Position numbers and translations under genes: made by a program. Below are positions 12,801 through 27,800 of a DNA stretch of 64,000 bases, in pieces. The notes beneath the pieces were generated by a model. That model worked only from the letters and a program-made list of their open reading frames with translations. It was not told the origin of the DNA and ran no database searches. This DNA comes from Phoronis australis (lineage: Eukaryota; Animalia; Phoronida): the NCBI GenBank assembly GCA_002633005.1, contig NMRA01000442.1, forward strand, positions 307,074-371,073, in the 5' to 3' direction. Each line of letters opens with the position of its first letter. The first letter of the stretch is position 1.

Positions 12801-15800
12801 AGAATGTGATCGATTCCCATTGTTTACTAAAAATTTTTGTAGCCTGTATAAAATATTGATTCAAAATACTGGAGATGCCAAGTAATCGTGGTGTACTAAA
12901 GGCAGCATATGATATGCTTTTTCAGTCAAACCTGATCGGAAGATCTTATAATTGGGCAAGTTTTGTAAGGAAACTTCTGTCTGTGAATGGTTTTTCAGAT
13001 GTATGGATTAATCAGGGTGTGGTAAACCAAGCGTATTTCTTGACAGTTTTTTTCCCAGCGTGTCAGTCGGACTATTATTTGCAAGGCTGACAATCTGATA
13101 TCAAATGTTAGGAATTGGGTTTGAAAAGATTCATTTTTGCATGAGGGACTGTCAAAAATAGGACTTTCATGATTTTCATTAAAAAATTTACAGGGAAAAC
13201 GAAATGATATTTTATTATAGAAAACGTGTAACAATGTTTCACAGATCTCACCTTAAACATTTATATAAAATTAAATTTTATCACGTTATTGTGTCATCGT
13301 TTCGCTATCAATGTACCTTTTTTGCTAAATTTTACTGAAAAGACACGTGACCCAATAAACACCTGATTGGTAAAAAGTCAACAATAAAATTCCAAAGGCA
13401 TTTTACTTTCAGAAAAGATGCACTTTCATCGAGTGAAAATCTATAATTTTGTAGATATTTAGCTCAATATGCAGACCGGTCTATAAGCAACTTTCCACCC
13501 TTTTTGCATTAGTTTAATTTACCTACCCACTTTGCTGGGATGGACCATCTTTTCTTTCCTACCTGAGGTTACCTGAATGCAATGAGTTCTTAAACACTAA
13601 AGGCAGCACAAATTACTCTCAAACTCATAGTGTAGTTCAACGGCATAGTGTGGTGTGGGATGGCAAGACCAAATTGTGTAGACATGAAACTCTCACAAAA
13701 CGATGGCCAGATCTAACTTACCTTGCTTAATAGCGTGACCAGCAGATGGACCGTCTCACGTTCTACACCCTCCAGATCCATTGCCTTCTGTAGCAGGGCA
13801 GCAAACTTGCTCTCGTGGTCAGTAAACTCACGCAGATTCCCTTCTACACAGAAAAACACAGAGACTCTAGAAACACACAAAAACATATTAATAACAAGCC
13901 AACAACTTAGAAAATGACTCACCAGACTTGGTAGTTTCGTTAAATACCTAACAAAATGGGCTAAACTAACTTAGCAAAATACGGGTGTGGTGAAAATAAA
14001 ATCCCCCAGAGGGCGCCATCTATATCCCCCGACCGGTGTTTAACAAATTGTGACGCTCAAAATAAAATTCCTCAGACTGTGGACAGAGACTACAACGAAA
14101 ATGGCGGGACATGTTCGACATGGACTTCATATAATACAACCTGGCACGAGAATTCTTTTAAGCGAGGGCCGTGATACGAGTGGGTAGTAGTTGGACTCGA
14201 GGGCTCCAAGTGATTTGTGAACATAAAATGGTTTCTTTTACAGTAGAAGAAAACAAGTGTAAATCAGGCCAAGAATAACATAGCTACCACATGAAACNGT
14301 GGTCAGTAAACTCACGCAGATTCCCTTCTACACAGAAAAACACAGAGACTCTAGAAACACACAAAAACATATTAATAACAAGCCAACAACTTCGAAAATG
14401 ACTCACCAGACTTGGTAGTTTCGTTAAATACCTAACAAAATGGGCTAAACTAACTTAGCAAAATACGGGTGTGGTGAAAATAAAATCCCCCAGAGGGCGC
14501 CATCTATATCCCCCGACCGGTGTTTAACAAATTGTGACGCTCAAAATAAAATTCCTCAGACTGTGGACAGAGACTACAACGAAAATGGCGGGACATGTTC
14601 GACATGGACTTCATATAATACAACCTGGCACGAGAATTCTTTTAAGCGAGGGCCGTGATACGAGTGGGTAGTAGTTGGACTCGAGGGCTCCAAGTGATTT
14701 GTGAACATAAAATGGTTTCTTTTACAGTAGAAGAAAACAAGTGTAAATCAGGCCAAGAATAACATAGCTACCACATGAAACATACAAGGTAAATCTGGTT
14801 AGTTCCTGACTAGAAACTAGCTATGAGGCACTCTATGAACGTTCAATTGTTACAAAGACATTACAAACTTTGTGACTGTGCGTCTAATAATACGACGTAA
14901 CATGGGTTAACTTTAGGCTGACCTTAACAAATGTTATACCACGTAATAAATTCAGTCGCAAAAAATAAAACCAAACAGGAAATCATAATTTACTGCAAGA
15001 AAAACGGAAGATGCATTAAGTGTGATGCGGTAATGCTATCATTCTGCAGTTAAAGAACCCAACATTGAGTCACACTCAAGTTGGAAAAAGGAAAAAAAGT
15101 TCTTAGTTTAGCAGGCCTAAAACTGGACCTCCTGATTTCAAATAAAGTCCATAATTTTTCAATCAAACATGCTGTGTTAATGTCACGGTAATATCAAATA
15201 AATAGAAAAATGTTTAGAAACTGTGCAAAGTCCAACTTAATTCAAAACTAAAACAAAAACTTAGGGAATGACGAACAAAACAATAAAGATCAGAAAAACT
15301 GTAGATAACTGATTTTCACACCACGCACTTATTGACTTGGTTAGTTGTAATTGTGAAATGTTTGAACAAGACACAAAATTATGTTTTTCAGTGCAATAAT
15401 CTTGTGAATCATTTTGAAAAACAACGGATATTGCAATGATTCACTTCAGAGAGAAAATGGTGACCTGCAAAATTCACAGCCGAGGTCACTGTCAAATTTC
15501 TATAACGATCAGGGTCAATGTCAAAGTTGCCGTCAAGGTCAGCCTAGTGAACATAGACAAAGAAAGACATGCCTGGGAACATATAATTGTTAAACATGCC
15601 GAGACTAAGGTTAGAAGACGACCGGCCGCGACGTCGCAACACAGGTGCAGATTTCTGGCGTGCGTAAAGTTTGGCCTTAGCATCTGAAACAAAAAGGATA
15701 AGGGAATAGACTACGGCATCACTGGACAGGGTTCCAGGTAAGACGCTGATTACTTGTCGAGACAAACAAAGATAAACTGACAGTTGGGTAGGTTACAATA

Positions 15801-18800
15801 ATGATGACTTAGACAGGAGTGCGCGTTACGTAACACAACTGACACATGACCTACATAATACACCGTACATGGGGGCAAAACCTTTCCCCACACTAGACAA
15901 AACACGATTATAGCAGTGTCGGAGCATTTTATCATCACGGAGCCGCTCCCGTACACGCCCGCTGATTTATAATACTGAGCTCCAAAATGAGGCTTAAACC
16001 CTGGTGGACATATATTAGACATTTGGGTCAGTATAAAACCATGCATAAGCCACCACTGGCGAGTGCAACGTGCGCTTGCAATGGACACACTTTCAGCTGT
16101 CCATTTGTCTAGGCATTTCTGTGTTAGCGCGCCCAGCGACAGGAATGCAAGCGACATAAAAGGCAGATTTTACGTGGTCTGCGAGGTAAAAGGGGTGGGC
16201 TTATACCAGAGCTGGTGGGCTATACATGATAAAAAATTGAAGGTGGGCTTATACCACAGTAGGTGGTTTACAAGCGAGAATACTCTAAAAGTACTAATAC
16301 CGAGAGACTGGAAGTGGGGGGCTTATTCCAGAGTGTATATGGTACATACTTTGTCCTTAATATGTTTTGTTGTAATTTAATGTATCACCCAATGTGGATG
16401 CGGAGATAACAGGCAGCTCCACAAATTTGTAAGCAGAGATGTTAAAACAAAAAGTAAATACATTTTTCACTTATGCATTAGCTGAAACTTAAATGTATTT
16501 TAAAATGGCTTATATGCTTAGGATTCAAGAATTATATGGGTGGCATTTTGGCTCTGGATTTACTGCCCTAGATTCCAGTGTAGAGACTTCCAAAAACATA
16601 GAAACAATAGAATTTAACAAACTGAGAGATAATCAAAATAACCTTCGTTGCTGCCCAGTCGTGCCCTCAATACACGAAGCAAGTGCTTCAAAGTTTTACT
16701 TCTGAACCATTAACGAGTACATACAACGCCAAACAGCAAACACAAGCAATTGACGCCAAAACAAACTTCTATAAGATTACTCTTTTAAAAGTAACCACAG
16801 CCACACCATATTTAAACACGCGATATTTAAACACACCACACAAAACGTGGAGATGCTGCAACTTAATTCCGCACATCAAAAATTCGAATCAGTCAGATCT
16901 TTCACCAACAGAGGCTATGCTAAAGTTTCATCATATTTGAACAGAAGAAATTATTAATAAAATTGTCAAAATTCACTTTCCATTTTTCAAAAACTCAGCC
17001 ACTGAATTGTCGTAAATTTCACCATGTGTTGATTGATGAAAGTTGTACAGTATAATCCAGAAAAAATAGAAGTAACGTTTAATTTCTTCTTGTTTATTTT
17101 AGTTGAAAATTTTGACAAAATACTATTTCACAGTTCCACCATGTTGTGTACTAAATTGATAAAAATACCAAAGTGATCACTCCAAACACGATGCATTGTT
17201 GTTAAATCAAACCATTAGTTTAAAAAAATAAGTATTAATAATTAATATCAACTACACTATTACACATTACATTTACGGTTCAAAAATCAAAGATATATAA
17301 ATGTGTAAAGTAAATCCAAATGAGACGGAATTCTGAAATGTTTAAAAGCTACGTTGGTCATTGGATGGAACAACAATGTCCGTTTGCGCTCAGTAGACTC
17401 GACCACTATCAGTTGGGTAGACATTGATAGGAGATCAAGTGTGGTACAAAACACAATGACGGCGCACTATTATGCGAATATATTTGACAGAAAAGGATGA
17501 ACTGGAAAGGCCAAACATTAAAAGAAATTCGACAAGGCCCTCAAAAAGGTAACACTGCCCTCTGTAGGACATTGTACATGTCCAAACGGGCATCCGCTAT
17601 TTACAAACCTTTAGCATTACATCCCAGGCAACCAAAAAGGTAACACTGCCCTCCGTAGGACATTGCATATGTCCAAATGTGCATCCACTAACAAACCTTT
17701 GGCATTACATCTCAGGCAACCAAGAAGGTAACACTGCCCTCTGTAGGACATTGCACATGTCCAAATGTGCATCCACTAACAAACCTTTAGCATTACACCC
17801 CAGGCAACCAAGAAGGTAACTCTGCCCTCTGTAGGACAACCAAGAAGCTCATATAAATCAATCCAAAGCTCAATGAATATTATACCTTGAAACAACACAA
17901 CACAAAAATAAACAGAATGCAACAATATATTAATAAACACGCCTTACCAATCAGTTTCTAAACCAGTGAGAAAATGATATGAATGTCATTAAATGTCTAC
18001 CATGCAAAATCACGTCAAATAAAACATTTTTCCGTGTCCCGCCAATTAAAAACTTTTTTTAATTTCATGTCCAAAATCACTACATAGTTTTGTAAGGTTG
18101 GTAGAGTTGATGAGTAGCAGTTTCTTTTTTCAAAGCCAGTAAGAACGTAACTATTTACCCATGACAGCTTCAGCTCCTAACAGACAGTAGCCATCTTGTA
18201 AAGTTATTGGACAATAGGTGTCCAGTAGGTATTATTATAAGGTTATGGGTTATGAGTTATCCAGACTTGGAACAGTCTGATCACCACGCCACCTAGTGTC
18301 CAATGACTTCAGAAGATGGTTGCTGTAAGGAGCCGAAACTGTCAAGGGTGAATGTTCTTACTGGTTATGAAAAAAGGAACTCTTCATCTCCAAAAGATTT
18401 GCAATATTGTACAATGTTGTTATTTACAACTTCTATATCCATTCACAACCGTGTTTTGAGGAGCAATTAAAAAATTAGAAAATCCCCGCAAGCTTTAAAA
18501 TTATTCGCAATCATTTGTTAGCATTACAAATGAATTAAAAATTCAAAAGCACTGTAAGATACTAAACAATCACCGATTGTAAAACCTAATTCCAAATCTT
18601 ATTTTATTTTTATTCTTATTCAAATATTAAAGAAGATGTTATTCATATATTTTCTCACAACATTATTTTCATGAAAGTCATGGTCACAGTCATGAAAACT
18701 TACCTGCTTCAAGTCAAAAACAGCGCAAATGTGTGACTACAAATCAGAGACGTGTCATGCATTTTCCAAATTCATTCAGTGAAATCCCCATAATTGTAAA

Positions 18801-21800
18801 AAGTGCATTCTCAAACCAGTGATTAGTATTGAATGTCTTGTTAGTTAAAAGTCACACAGGACAAATGCCCAGCTTAAAATCATGCGACAAACAGACCGAT
18901 GTTAACAGCATAGTTGCTAATGATCATGCCAGGGGGCAGCACACCAGTATCCAACGCGTATCGTGTTCCTATAAATTGTGTGACGAACACGTTATTCAAG
19001 CAGACAGTGGTTTCTTCTATTTTTAATTTTATCACGTTCAGTGACAATCCAGAGTCACCAGGCATCTAAAATAGTTAACTAAAGGTTGATACAATTAACG
19101 ATAAAACACTTTTAAACTATTTCATTTTTGTTTAGTTTAATGACATGTCATCATGAGCCTAACATGAAGACTAACAAGCGCCACTGCAAAAATTTTGCTG
19201 TCCAAAAATATCTTGATTATGTTATGTAAAACATGGGAATGCAGCTGTTAACCAATTGAATAAGATTATTCTGAGGTAACTCTCCCCAAAAATGCTATTC
19301 AAATATTGCGCTCCAATGAGCCGTGTCGAAAACCTATTGTACTATAATCAGCGTGCAGCCTCATTCACAGCAAACCAAATGCAAACAAAACTAGCTGTTA
19401 GTCGTGAAGCAGACCGCTGAGGCTTACCCTTGCGGGAGATGTTGCGTAGCAACATATGCTGCGGCACTGAACAGGCACGGTTGTAGGCGGGTCTCTGGAG
19501 AAGGCTGGTGGAGACGCTGCGCATGCTGTCGGACCGTGCCAGAGCGAACCGTGCCCGGTTCAGCTTTCGCAGGAAGTGCTGGCTCGACTTGTCGCTGCTG
19601 GTCAAATCTGAAAGGGAGTGAATGTCTCGACTAATCCAGTTGATCTTCTGTGGAGAAACTGCGATGAGGCGACAAAACTTCATGAAAATACAAGTGCGGT
19701 CATACATGGCAACTTTAGGTGGTCTGCTCTAAAAGGAGATAGCTTGTGTTTTATACCCCAAAACTGGGAATTAGATATCAACACTTGCCCCAGCGCTACC
19801 TGTTGGTAACAAAACTGAACATTGAAACCACAATATACACACTGTACTATCTTACATGAAAGAAGTTTTAAACGACTTAAACAAAAAAGAAAAACAAGGA
19901 AGAATAATTTTTCAGTTTATAAGCAAGTAAGTACAGGGTGAAAACAAATGCCACTCAAAACTCCTCACTTCACTGTGAACAGCCGAAGCCATCCCAGTTG
20001 ATGACTTGGTAACAAGTATTGCAACGAACAAACTACGCCAGACGTTTAAACCCGTACAGTTCCCCAACAGGTCCATGGGCTACTGGACAAAGACAAGAGG
20101 GTAGAGAATGAGAGAAATTACTTATTCTGGACAAAGGAACATCACCACCAAATAAGCAAGTCCTTACTACGATCGTAGCTGCTAAACTTACACCTAAAGT
20201 GATTGACTAAATGTTAATTCCTGTGTAACATAATATTTTACAGAAGAAAACTTGAATATAGCCAGATAAGTGACTGACCGTAACGTTGTGCCTGTAGGAT
20301 AGAGGCTGGTGGAAACAGACCAACTGATTTTAAAAATGGTGTGGTACATTTTATCACTACACTCTCCTAGATCACAGTTGTAGCTAAGGACAATGCAAGT
20401 GTGCTTAAAAGCAGAATGTATCTGCTTTTCGTTTAATATGAACGACGCGTAACTTTGTAACTGAAACGAACACTCCGAAATAAAAGAACACTTTAATGAA
20501 AAACTAGGTACCATGAGAATTATCCTAGTGGCTACTCTGTTGCTGCTTGAAAGTAAAACGCTACTTTAGAACTGGATGAAATTTCTGGTAATAACATTCA
20601 AACAAAGAAGACAAATACATAACGAATACACAAAGAATAAGCTTTCCAGTGACAACCAATAAAAGAACTCCAACACGCAAAACAAAAACAAAATTTAAGC
20701 TCAACCGACACATTGTCAATTTCAAATATGCAGTGGATTGACCGTTTGGTCTCAGTGACAGGGTACACTATCCATAACAATATCAACTAAACAAGCAGAT
20801 TATATTATCAGATGCCATCAACTTGTTGAAAATATCACTTTACAAATTTTCAGAACAACTTCTTCAGAAGTAGAGAGCAAGTTCTTTTATTTCAAATATG
20901 TTTGGAGCACTTCAAAATCATTTTTAATACCATTGGCACAATAGAAATTATTGACTTTAAAATGGCATTTGACACAATAGTCACGTCTTCTAGATTACCT
21001 TCATTGGAGATATAATATCTATCTGAAAGCATTAGAAACTCTTCTCATGAGCCAGTCATAAGAATGCAAAAAATATGAAAGTAAGCAATGATACAAGCCA
21101 CAAACTAAACAACAATCATCTATGAGCATAGAATTTTTAACAGTGAGAACTACTTTGCATTGCTATTTAAAACTTTACCAAGCAAGATTGAAAAACAAAC
21201 AGTGTGACTCAATTTTGGGGCCAACAGCTCGAAAAATATTTTATAATCACACAAAATTACCCTCACGAAGCCCTCAATTCTCTTCCAATGGTTAAAAAAA
21301 TTCCCCTCAGGTTCAGAATCATTTTTAACTCACACAGTCCATCGAATTTATGGCAACCGTGGAGGGATTTTCCCCAACTCCAAAACTTCCCTTTTCAGAA
21401 GGCACAAGCACCTTTCGCTCACGTGAGAGAGGGCACTAGTGTTACGGGACTATCAAAATACTACCCCAACTTAAATTCTGATGAAATTCCAATTATCTGG
21501 TTCACTAATATGACGAGATATCCACTTCATGCCAAAAACAAATGAATTAAATTAAAGTCCCATTCAGAATTCTCCTTCCTCATGGCAGAGCACAAATTGA
21601 AACATACATACACAGTAGCCATTTTTTGATCAAACATAACAATTATAATTAATTGAGAAAGTCATTTATAGGAGAAAATACTATTCACAATAAGAATTTG
21701 TACAGTTTGGATTTTCCAAATCATAAAAAATCCAAACAGCAATCGTTTTGTTAGCAGAATTAGCAGTTATGCAAACACAATTATTTTGGCGTTTACCACT

Positions 21801-24800
21801 GGGTAATAAAATACAATTTCAGACTGACAGGTTAAGTTATGTAAACGTTATGCATTACATACGATAGCTTGTTGCATGCTAATTTTTCAGCTTCAATGTG
21901 AAGTGCAACTGTGCAAGGCATGTTCTACACTGTCGCACAGTGTGTAACTGCGTTCAAAGGAAGGAAAACGAAATCCACACCAGTCAACATCAGCTCACAG
22001 AAGAGTGCAACTTTTCACTAAATGAAAAACAAGTGTGCCAACCTGTCAATTCATTGATGTCGCCATGGCTCTCCAGGTCAATCTGAGCCTCGATAGAGAG
22101 GGCATCGAAGCGATTGAGGAAAAAGTCCCAGGTCCAGATGGGCTGACCACCAAGGCAGTTGGAGAGTAGGTACATCCTCTGAAGAATCATGCAGCGGTCA
22201 CCGATGACGGCGTCAAACTGCGCCTCCATGCATTCGCACATGCACTGAAAAGCAGTGAGACGAGGTTTGATGACATGGTTGAAGTGGCTATAGATTACCC
22301 TCCACCACAAGAAAGCTTCCAATGAACTGGAAAGTTGTTATTGCTTTGTTTCAAATTATTTCTTAGTCAAATTGAGTGTGATTTCGAGGCTTCAAAAGAA
22401 CTGGCAATTCCTTATTGCTTGAAATCAGGCTTTGCAGGCTGGCTTTCCACGATGTGCACTGAGGACAGTTTTAAGAAATAACAAACCACCAGTTCTTCAT
22501 AGAAATCACTTCTCATCTGAGTAAGGAACAAGTTGAGACCAGTTGACTAACTCAAAAGTTTGTTTCTTGGATGGAGCACAGATTTACAGCCGCTTTAAGT
22601 CACTTGAAAGTGATCAAATGTTGTCACTAATTCTCTTGTTTCGTCGAGTCTAGTCTTGACGTGAGAGTGTGTAATGGAGTGAATGAAGTGTGAATGTGTT
22701 GCTGGTCCTCATGGAATAGAGTGAATGAGGTATGGATGTGTTGCTGTCCCTCATGGAATGGGGTTAATGTGGTGTGAATGTGTTGAGGGTCCTCATGGGA
22801 CAGAGTGAATGTGGTGTGAATGTGTTGAGGGTCCTCATGGAACAGAGTGAATGTGGTGTGAATGTGTTGAGGGTCCTCATGGGACAGAGTGAATGTGGTG
22901 TGAATGTGTTGAGGGTCCTCATGGGACAGAGTGAATGTGGTGTGAATGTGTTGAGGGTCCTCATGGGACAGAGTGAAGGTGGTGTGGATGTGTTGAGGGT
23001 CCTCATGGAATAGAGCGAATGAGGTATGGATGTGTTGCTGTCCCTCATGGAATGGGGTTAATGTGGTGTGAATGTGTTGAGGGTCCTCATGGGACAGAGT
23101 GAATGTAATGTGAATGTGTTGACGGTCCTCATGGAAAGCAGTGCACAGCACAAATATATTTACAAAACCGATTCTCTTAAAAGAGAAAAGAAATCCTTGG
23201 TAGCCATGACAGTTTAATTTCAGACAAAAATAATTGCCAAAATTGGCCTTTTTTCACTTTTCAAAGGTTTCTAGCATTATTGTGAATGACCACATTCTCT
23301 CAAAATCAGTGTCAGATGACATGGTACGGCCTTTAAAAATGACACAGCATTAATTTGGTGTTTACTGATCATTTTATGAAAAAAAGAGAAAATAAAATTT
23401 CACTTGCAGGCTTTAAATTGTGTCCTACATTGTTAGCACATAACGCAGAAAATGTTGCTTCAATAATGTTGGTTAAGTTTGCAGTACAAATGTAAGAATT
23501 TCAAACAGTTGCTCAGTTACCTGTATCGAGGTTGGCTTGATGCTCTCCAATGCCAAGTGCACTTTCTGGGAAACTGCGGTGTTGACGTCGTGGAGTAGAC
23601 CAATGAAATGCGAGAAGATGTGTGCCAGGCAATTAACAATGACCTGGTTGATTTTCACAGAGGCCGGGTCCATGAGGCGGGCAAGCACTGTGGCTTTTTC
23701 AACTGCAAGATTTATCACAACAGTTCTATCAAAAGGTATAACCAGCAAAAACAGGCTGACGCAAGACCAAGCTCTAACCAACAATTCATTTAGTTAAAAT
23801 ACGTAAACAAACTAGGTAATTAGCAGGTGATCAAAAAACGGCACCAATTGATCATTTTTTCACACAGTTCTCCACAAGGTTGAAAGCTAAATACAAGAAT
23901 GATGGAAAATTTTAGAATATTCCTCAATTACGGTATTCCACTTACTTAGCACACAATATAGCAGACAAGTGAATTCTATCTTGTCAAACTTTACCACAAA
24001 TACAAAGATTAGAATGTTTTAGTCTATTACTAGCTTAGTTCTTACTGTGTAGATGTCATAAAACAAATTTTGGTAAATTTTCATTATATGCTGTACAGTA
24101 ATGTAATGAGCCAATGAAAAATGGAAAATGACAATTTTCATTTGTAATTACTTTGTGTAAAGTGGAAAATTACAGTAAGGATGCCTTCAAAAGTAACAGA
24201 ATGTACACTTATGGAAGACACTTTACCTCTCCATTAAACGTACGTCCCTACTGATAATTTTGATATTTTGGAGCATTTACAAGCCTACGCCAGCAATGTC
24301 TTCCCCAGTGAAAATTTGGACACTTTTGAAATATGGATAATCTTTTGCAACACTGAATGTTGATTTTTCATTAAATACTATTAAGCAAGCTCATTGATCA
24401 TTTGAAACAGATTCATTTCTAATCATTCCAGATCAGTCGTCAGTCATTGACCATTTGAAAGACAGCATTTTCACATTCTAACCTTGAGTCACCATGAGTA
24501 AGGTAAAAGAGACCAATTGCACGAAGGTTGCTACTCAATAAAACTTTTCATTCAAGACAATGTATTAGGAGTCACCCTACACCCATACATCGTAAAAATT
24601 TAAAGGTGGAATTGCATTCAAACACAACATATTACAAGTAAAACTGCAGTATGCCTTGTTAGCTATAACACCTGTAACATGTTCCTTGGTTGGATGTTTC
24701 CCATGTCAGAAATGCATTGAAAATAATTTTATACTGCTACAGTAACACCTGTTTTTAACAAGTGTCTTTCTTGATTACCCTTGACCAATTCACACTCCAT

Positions 24801-27800
24801 GCACTTAGTTACATGTGTGCCATCAACACATTCACACCACATTCCCTTTGTTCCCTGAGGACCCTCAAGACATTCAAGTCACATTTACTCCGTTCCACGA
24901 ATACCTTCAACAAATTCACATGGCATGCACTTCGTATCATGTGTGCGCCATCAACACATTCACACCACATTCCCTTTGTTCCATGAGGACCCTCAACACA
25001 TTCACGGCACACTTACTCCGTTCCACGAATACCTTCAACAAATTCACATGGCATGCACTTCGCATCATGTGCGCCATCAACACATTCAAATCACATTCAC
25101 TTTGTTTCACTCGACACATTTACACCACACTCCCTACGTTCCATGAGGACCCTCACCACATTCACACCACATTCACCCCACTGTGAGAGGATTCTCACCA
25201 CATTCACCCTGTTCCATGAGAACTCTCAACAGATTCATGTCACATTCACCCCACTCTGTAAGGATTCTCAACATATTCACCGTTTCATGAAAACCCTCCA
25301 CACATTCACACCGCATTCACTTTGTTCCATGAGGAACCTTACAATATTAACACCACAATCACTGTTTCATGCACTCACGTCAAGACCAGGCATGAGGAGA
25401 CAAGAAACAATTAGTTAACACTCATAGCCTACCAGAATTGCAAACTCGAGACTCATAAAAGATTTCCTGATCCAAATCATTACCCTATACTGTGTTGCAT
25501 GAATAAAGAACAGAGCTGTGCATCATGGCTATCAACATAATTAATAAACAACACTACACCAGATGGCACCACACATGCATTGAATTCTGCTTTACGACGA
25601 GTGCACTAACCCACCTGCACTGAAGCGCACCCTCCAGTCTTCATGCATAAACTCGGTCTCGACCAACTTCCACAGTCTGTCTGCCCCAGTCAGTAATGTG
25701 ACGCAGTGCAGCAACATGGAGACACACATAATGGACAGGTGGGAGTTGTCTCCCTCCAACATGGTCCAGAAACTGACAAAACAAAATTTCACAGACTGAG
25801 TTGAAAGAGATAGTTGCCTTCCAGAATGAAAGGAACTAAAAATACAAAGAAGCAGTCTTCGGGCATTATTAAATTTCAATGTATAATTTCTGAAGGCACT
25901 TAAAAGTTTATGCAAATCAATTGCAGAACGTTTTCCTAGCAATGAAAACAAATGAGGCCACTCACATTCAGTAAGTAGTCCCTAAAATCTTAAAAACATT
26001 CAAAATTACTTAATATAATCCAACAATACCATGGAATCAGTTTCTTTTTCAACAAATGCTGTACATAGGACTCGTTGTCCTTGAGAGATATAGTCAGCAC
26101 TTCACCATGAAGAATCAGAATCTTGATCGATTTCAACACGTAAAACAGAATATCAGTGTCTGTCTCCGTCTCCATTTCCTGGAAACAAACACCATTCAGT
26201 GACTTGGTAACACCACATACTAACAATAAATATGAAAACATAGAATACATTCAATAAAAGTAACTTGTACTTACTGACAGACCTGTCACAGCAAAAAAAA
26301 AACGTAAAACAAATATTCATTGCAAAAAGAGAAATGAAGCGTATTATTATTATTATTATTCCACGTGGTTCATTAATTATTTAAAGCTGCCCTTCACACT
26401 GTATAGCTGTGACTGTAAAACGAAAATCAACTTAGACTTTTTCCTCTCATAAAATTGGGTCTCGAAATATTCCTTAACATCATAGGATTCTACTTCTGTC
26501 ACCGACTCTAGTCGCAGGCACACATGCATCATTTTCAAATTCCCACTTTTAGGGTTGACCAAGTTCAAGCCCAATAAGCCGAAAAACCTTATCATGTTAA
26601 TGAATGTTATGAAACAGAATTTATGAGAGTAAAATACCTACTTGATTTTTGTTTTTAGCTAATTTAACAGAGCAAAATGTAGCTATAATATGGAAAATGG
26701 AAGCACACCCAAAAATACCTCATGCATTACATCAGTGCCCTCATTTCTTCTAGTCCGTCCATCTACTACTAGAGGGCACTAGCGTGTCAGCAATGATTAA
26801 AATGACCCTGGTTAACAGGATCACTGAGCACACACAGAATTCCTTGTCATATCAGCCAAGTGTAAGCAGAATACAAGGACATAACACGGCAATTATCCAC
26901 CTATATAGCACACACTATGGCAGACATGTTATGTCAAATTTCTCCAAAAAATAAAGAGAAGATCAGATTTTACTGTTTTTAGCGATATCAGATTTCTCAA
27001 AAAATAAAGAGAAAATGATTTTACTCTGTTTTTAGCGACGTCAGATTTCTAAAAAATAAAGAGAAAAGGATTTTACATTCTGTTTTTAGCTATGTTAGAA
27101 CCGTGGCGATGTCATAAAACAACATTTGGTCAAGTTTCACATTGTTCCCACCAAGTTAATCAGACTTTTGAGAAATAGAAAAACAACAATTTTGGCAACT
27201 ACTCCTCTGCAAAATAAGAGTGGAATTACTGTTAGCTGGAATGACAAGGCAAGTTCTTCCCCATCTAGAAAACGGAATGGACCTTCTGGGAGATGAGAAG
27301 CCAGGCGGAGTTTTGTCCCACTTCCCATGTAGTCATGGCGATAACTTGATACCGAACAGTGGGAATTGGTATGAGGTTTGTAAGACCTCATGCTGGTTTT
27401 CCACGTGCAGGGATGTATACCTTTTGTGAGGTTGAGCAACAATAAACCGAATTTGTACCACTTTTCTGCTAAGTCCGGAACCCGCAAAAGGTCTGTTCAG
27501 AAGTGCACTATGCACTGTGAACTAAAGGAGCACACGATACATGCAAAGAGCTTACACACAGATAGCAGTGTTTTATGCCAACACTTTTTCATTCATTTTC
27601 CACCCTACTTACATGAATAAGGGTGTGAAGAATTTGCAGGTAAGCTGGCATGTCACCGATTATAAACTCCGAGTCCCCAGTCTCCTCATTGCTGGTGATG
27701 TCTGAGTCATTCTCTGTGTTATACATAGACAGGGTGCCCTCCCCTGGAAACAGCCAAAACTTTGAATTATAGCAACGCCGTTCTCCAATTAAAGCTCAGT

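Noticed and set aside
14299-14781. Extra partial exon copy
   Set aside because: Truncated exactly at the N and nearly identical to 13815-14297; assembly overlap.
19965-20085. Strong polypyrimidine acceptor at 20083 as a cassette exon
   Set aside because: The required phase-1 frame reaches a stop and no phase-compatible donor precedes it; a poison exon cannot be excluded but is unsupported.
22627-25418. His/Thr-rich ORFs (HEDPQHIHTTFTLS) resembling a metal-binding repeat protein
   Set aside because: Translations of the 42-bp minisatellite; open in several frames on both strands, without convincing splice signals.
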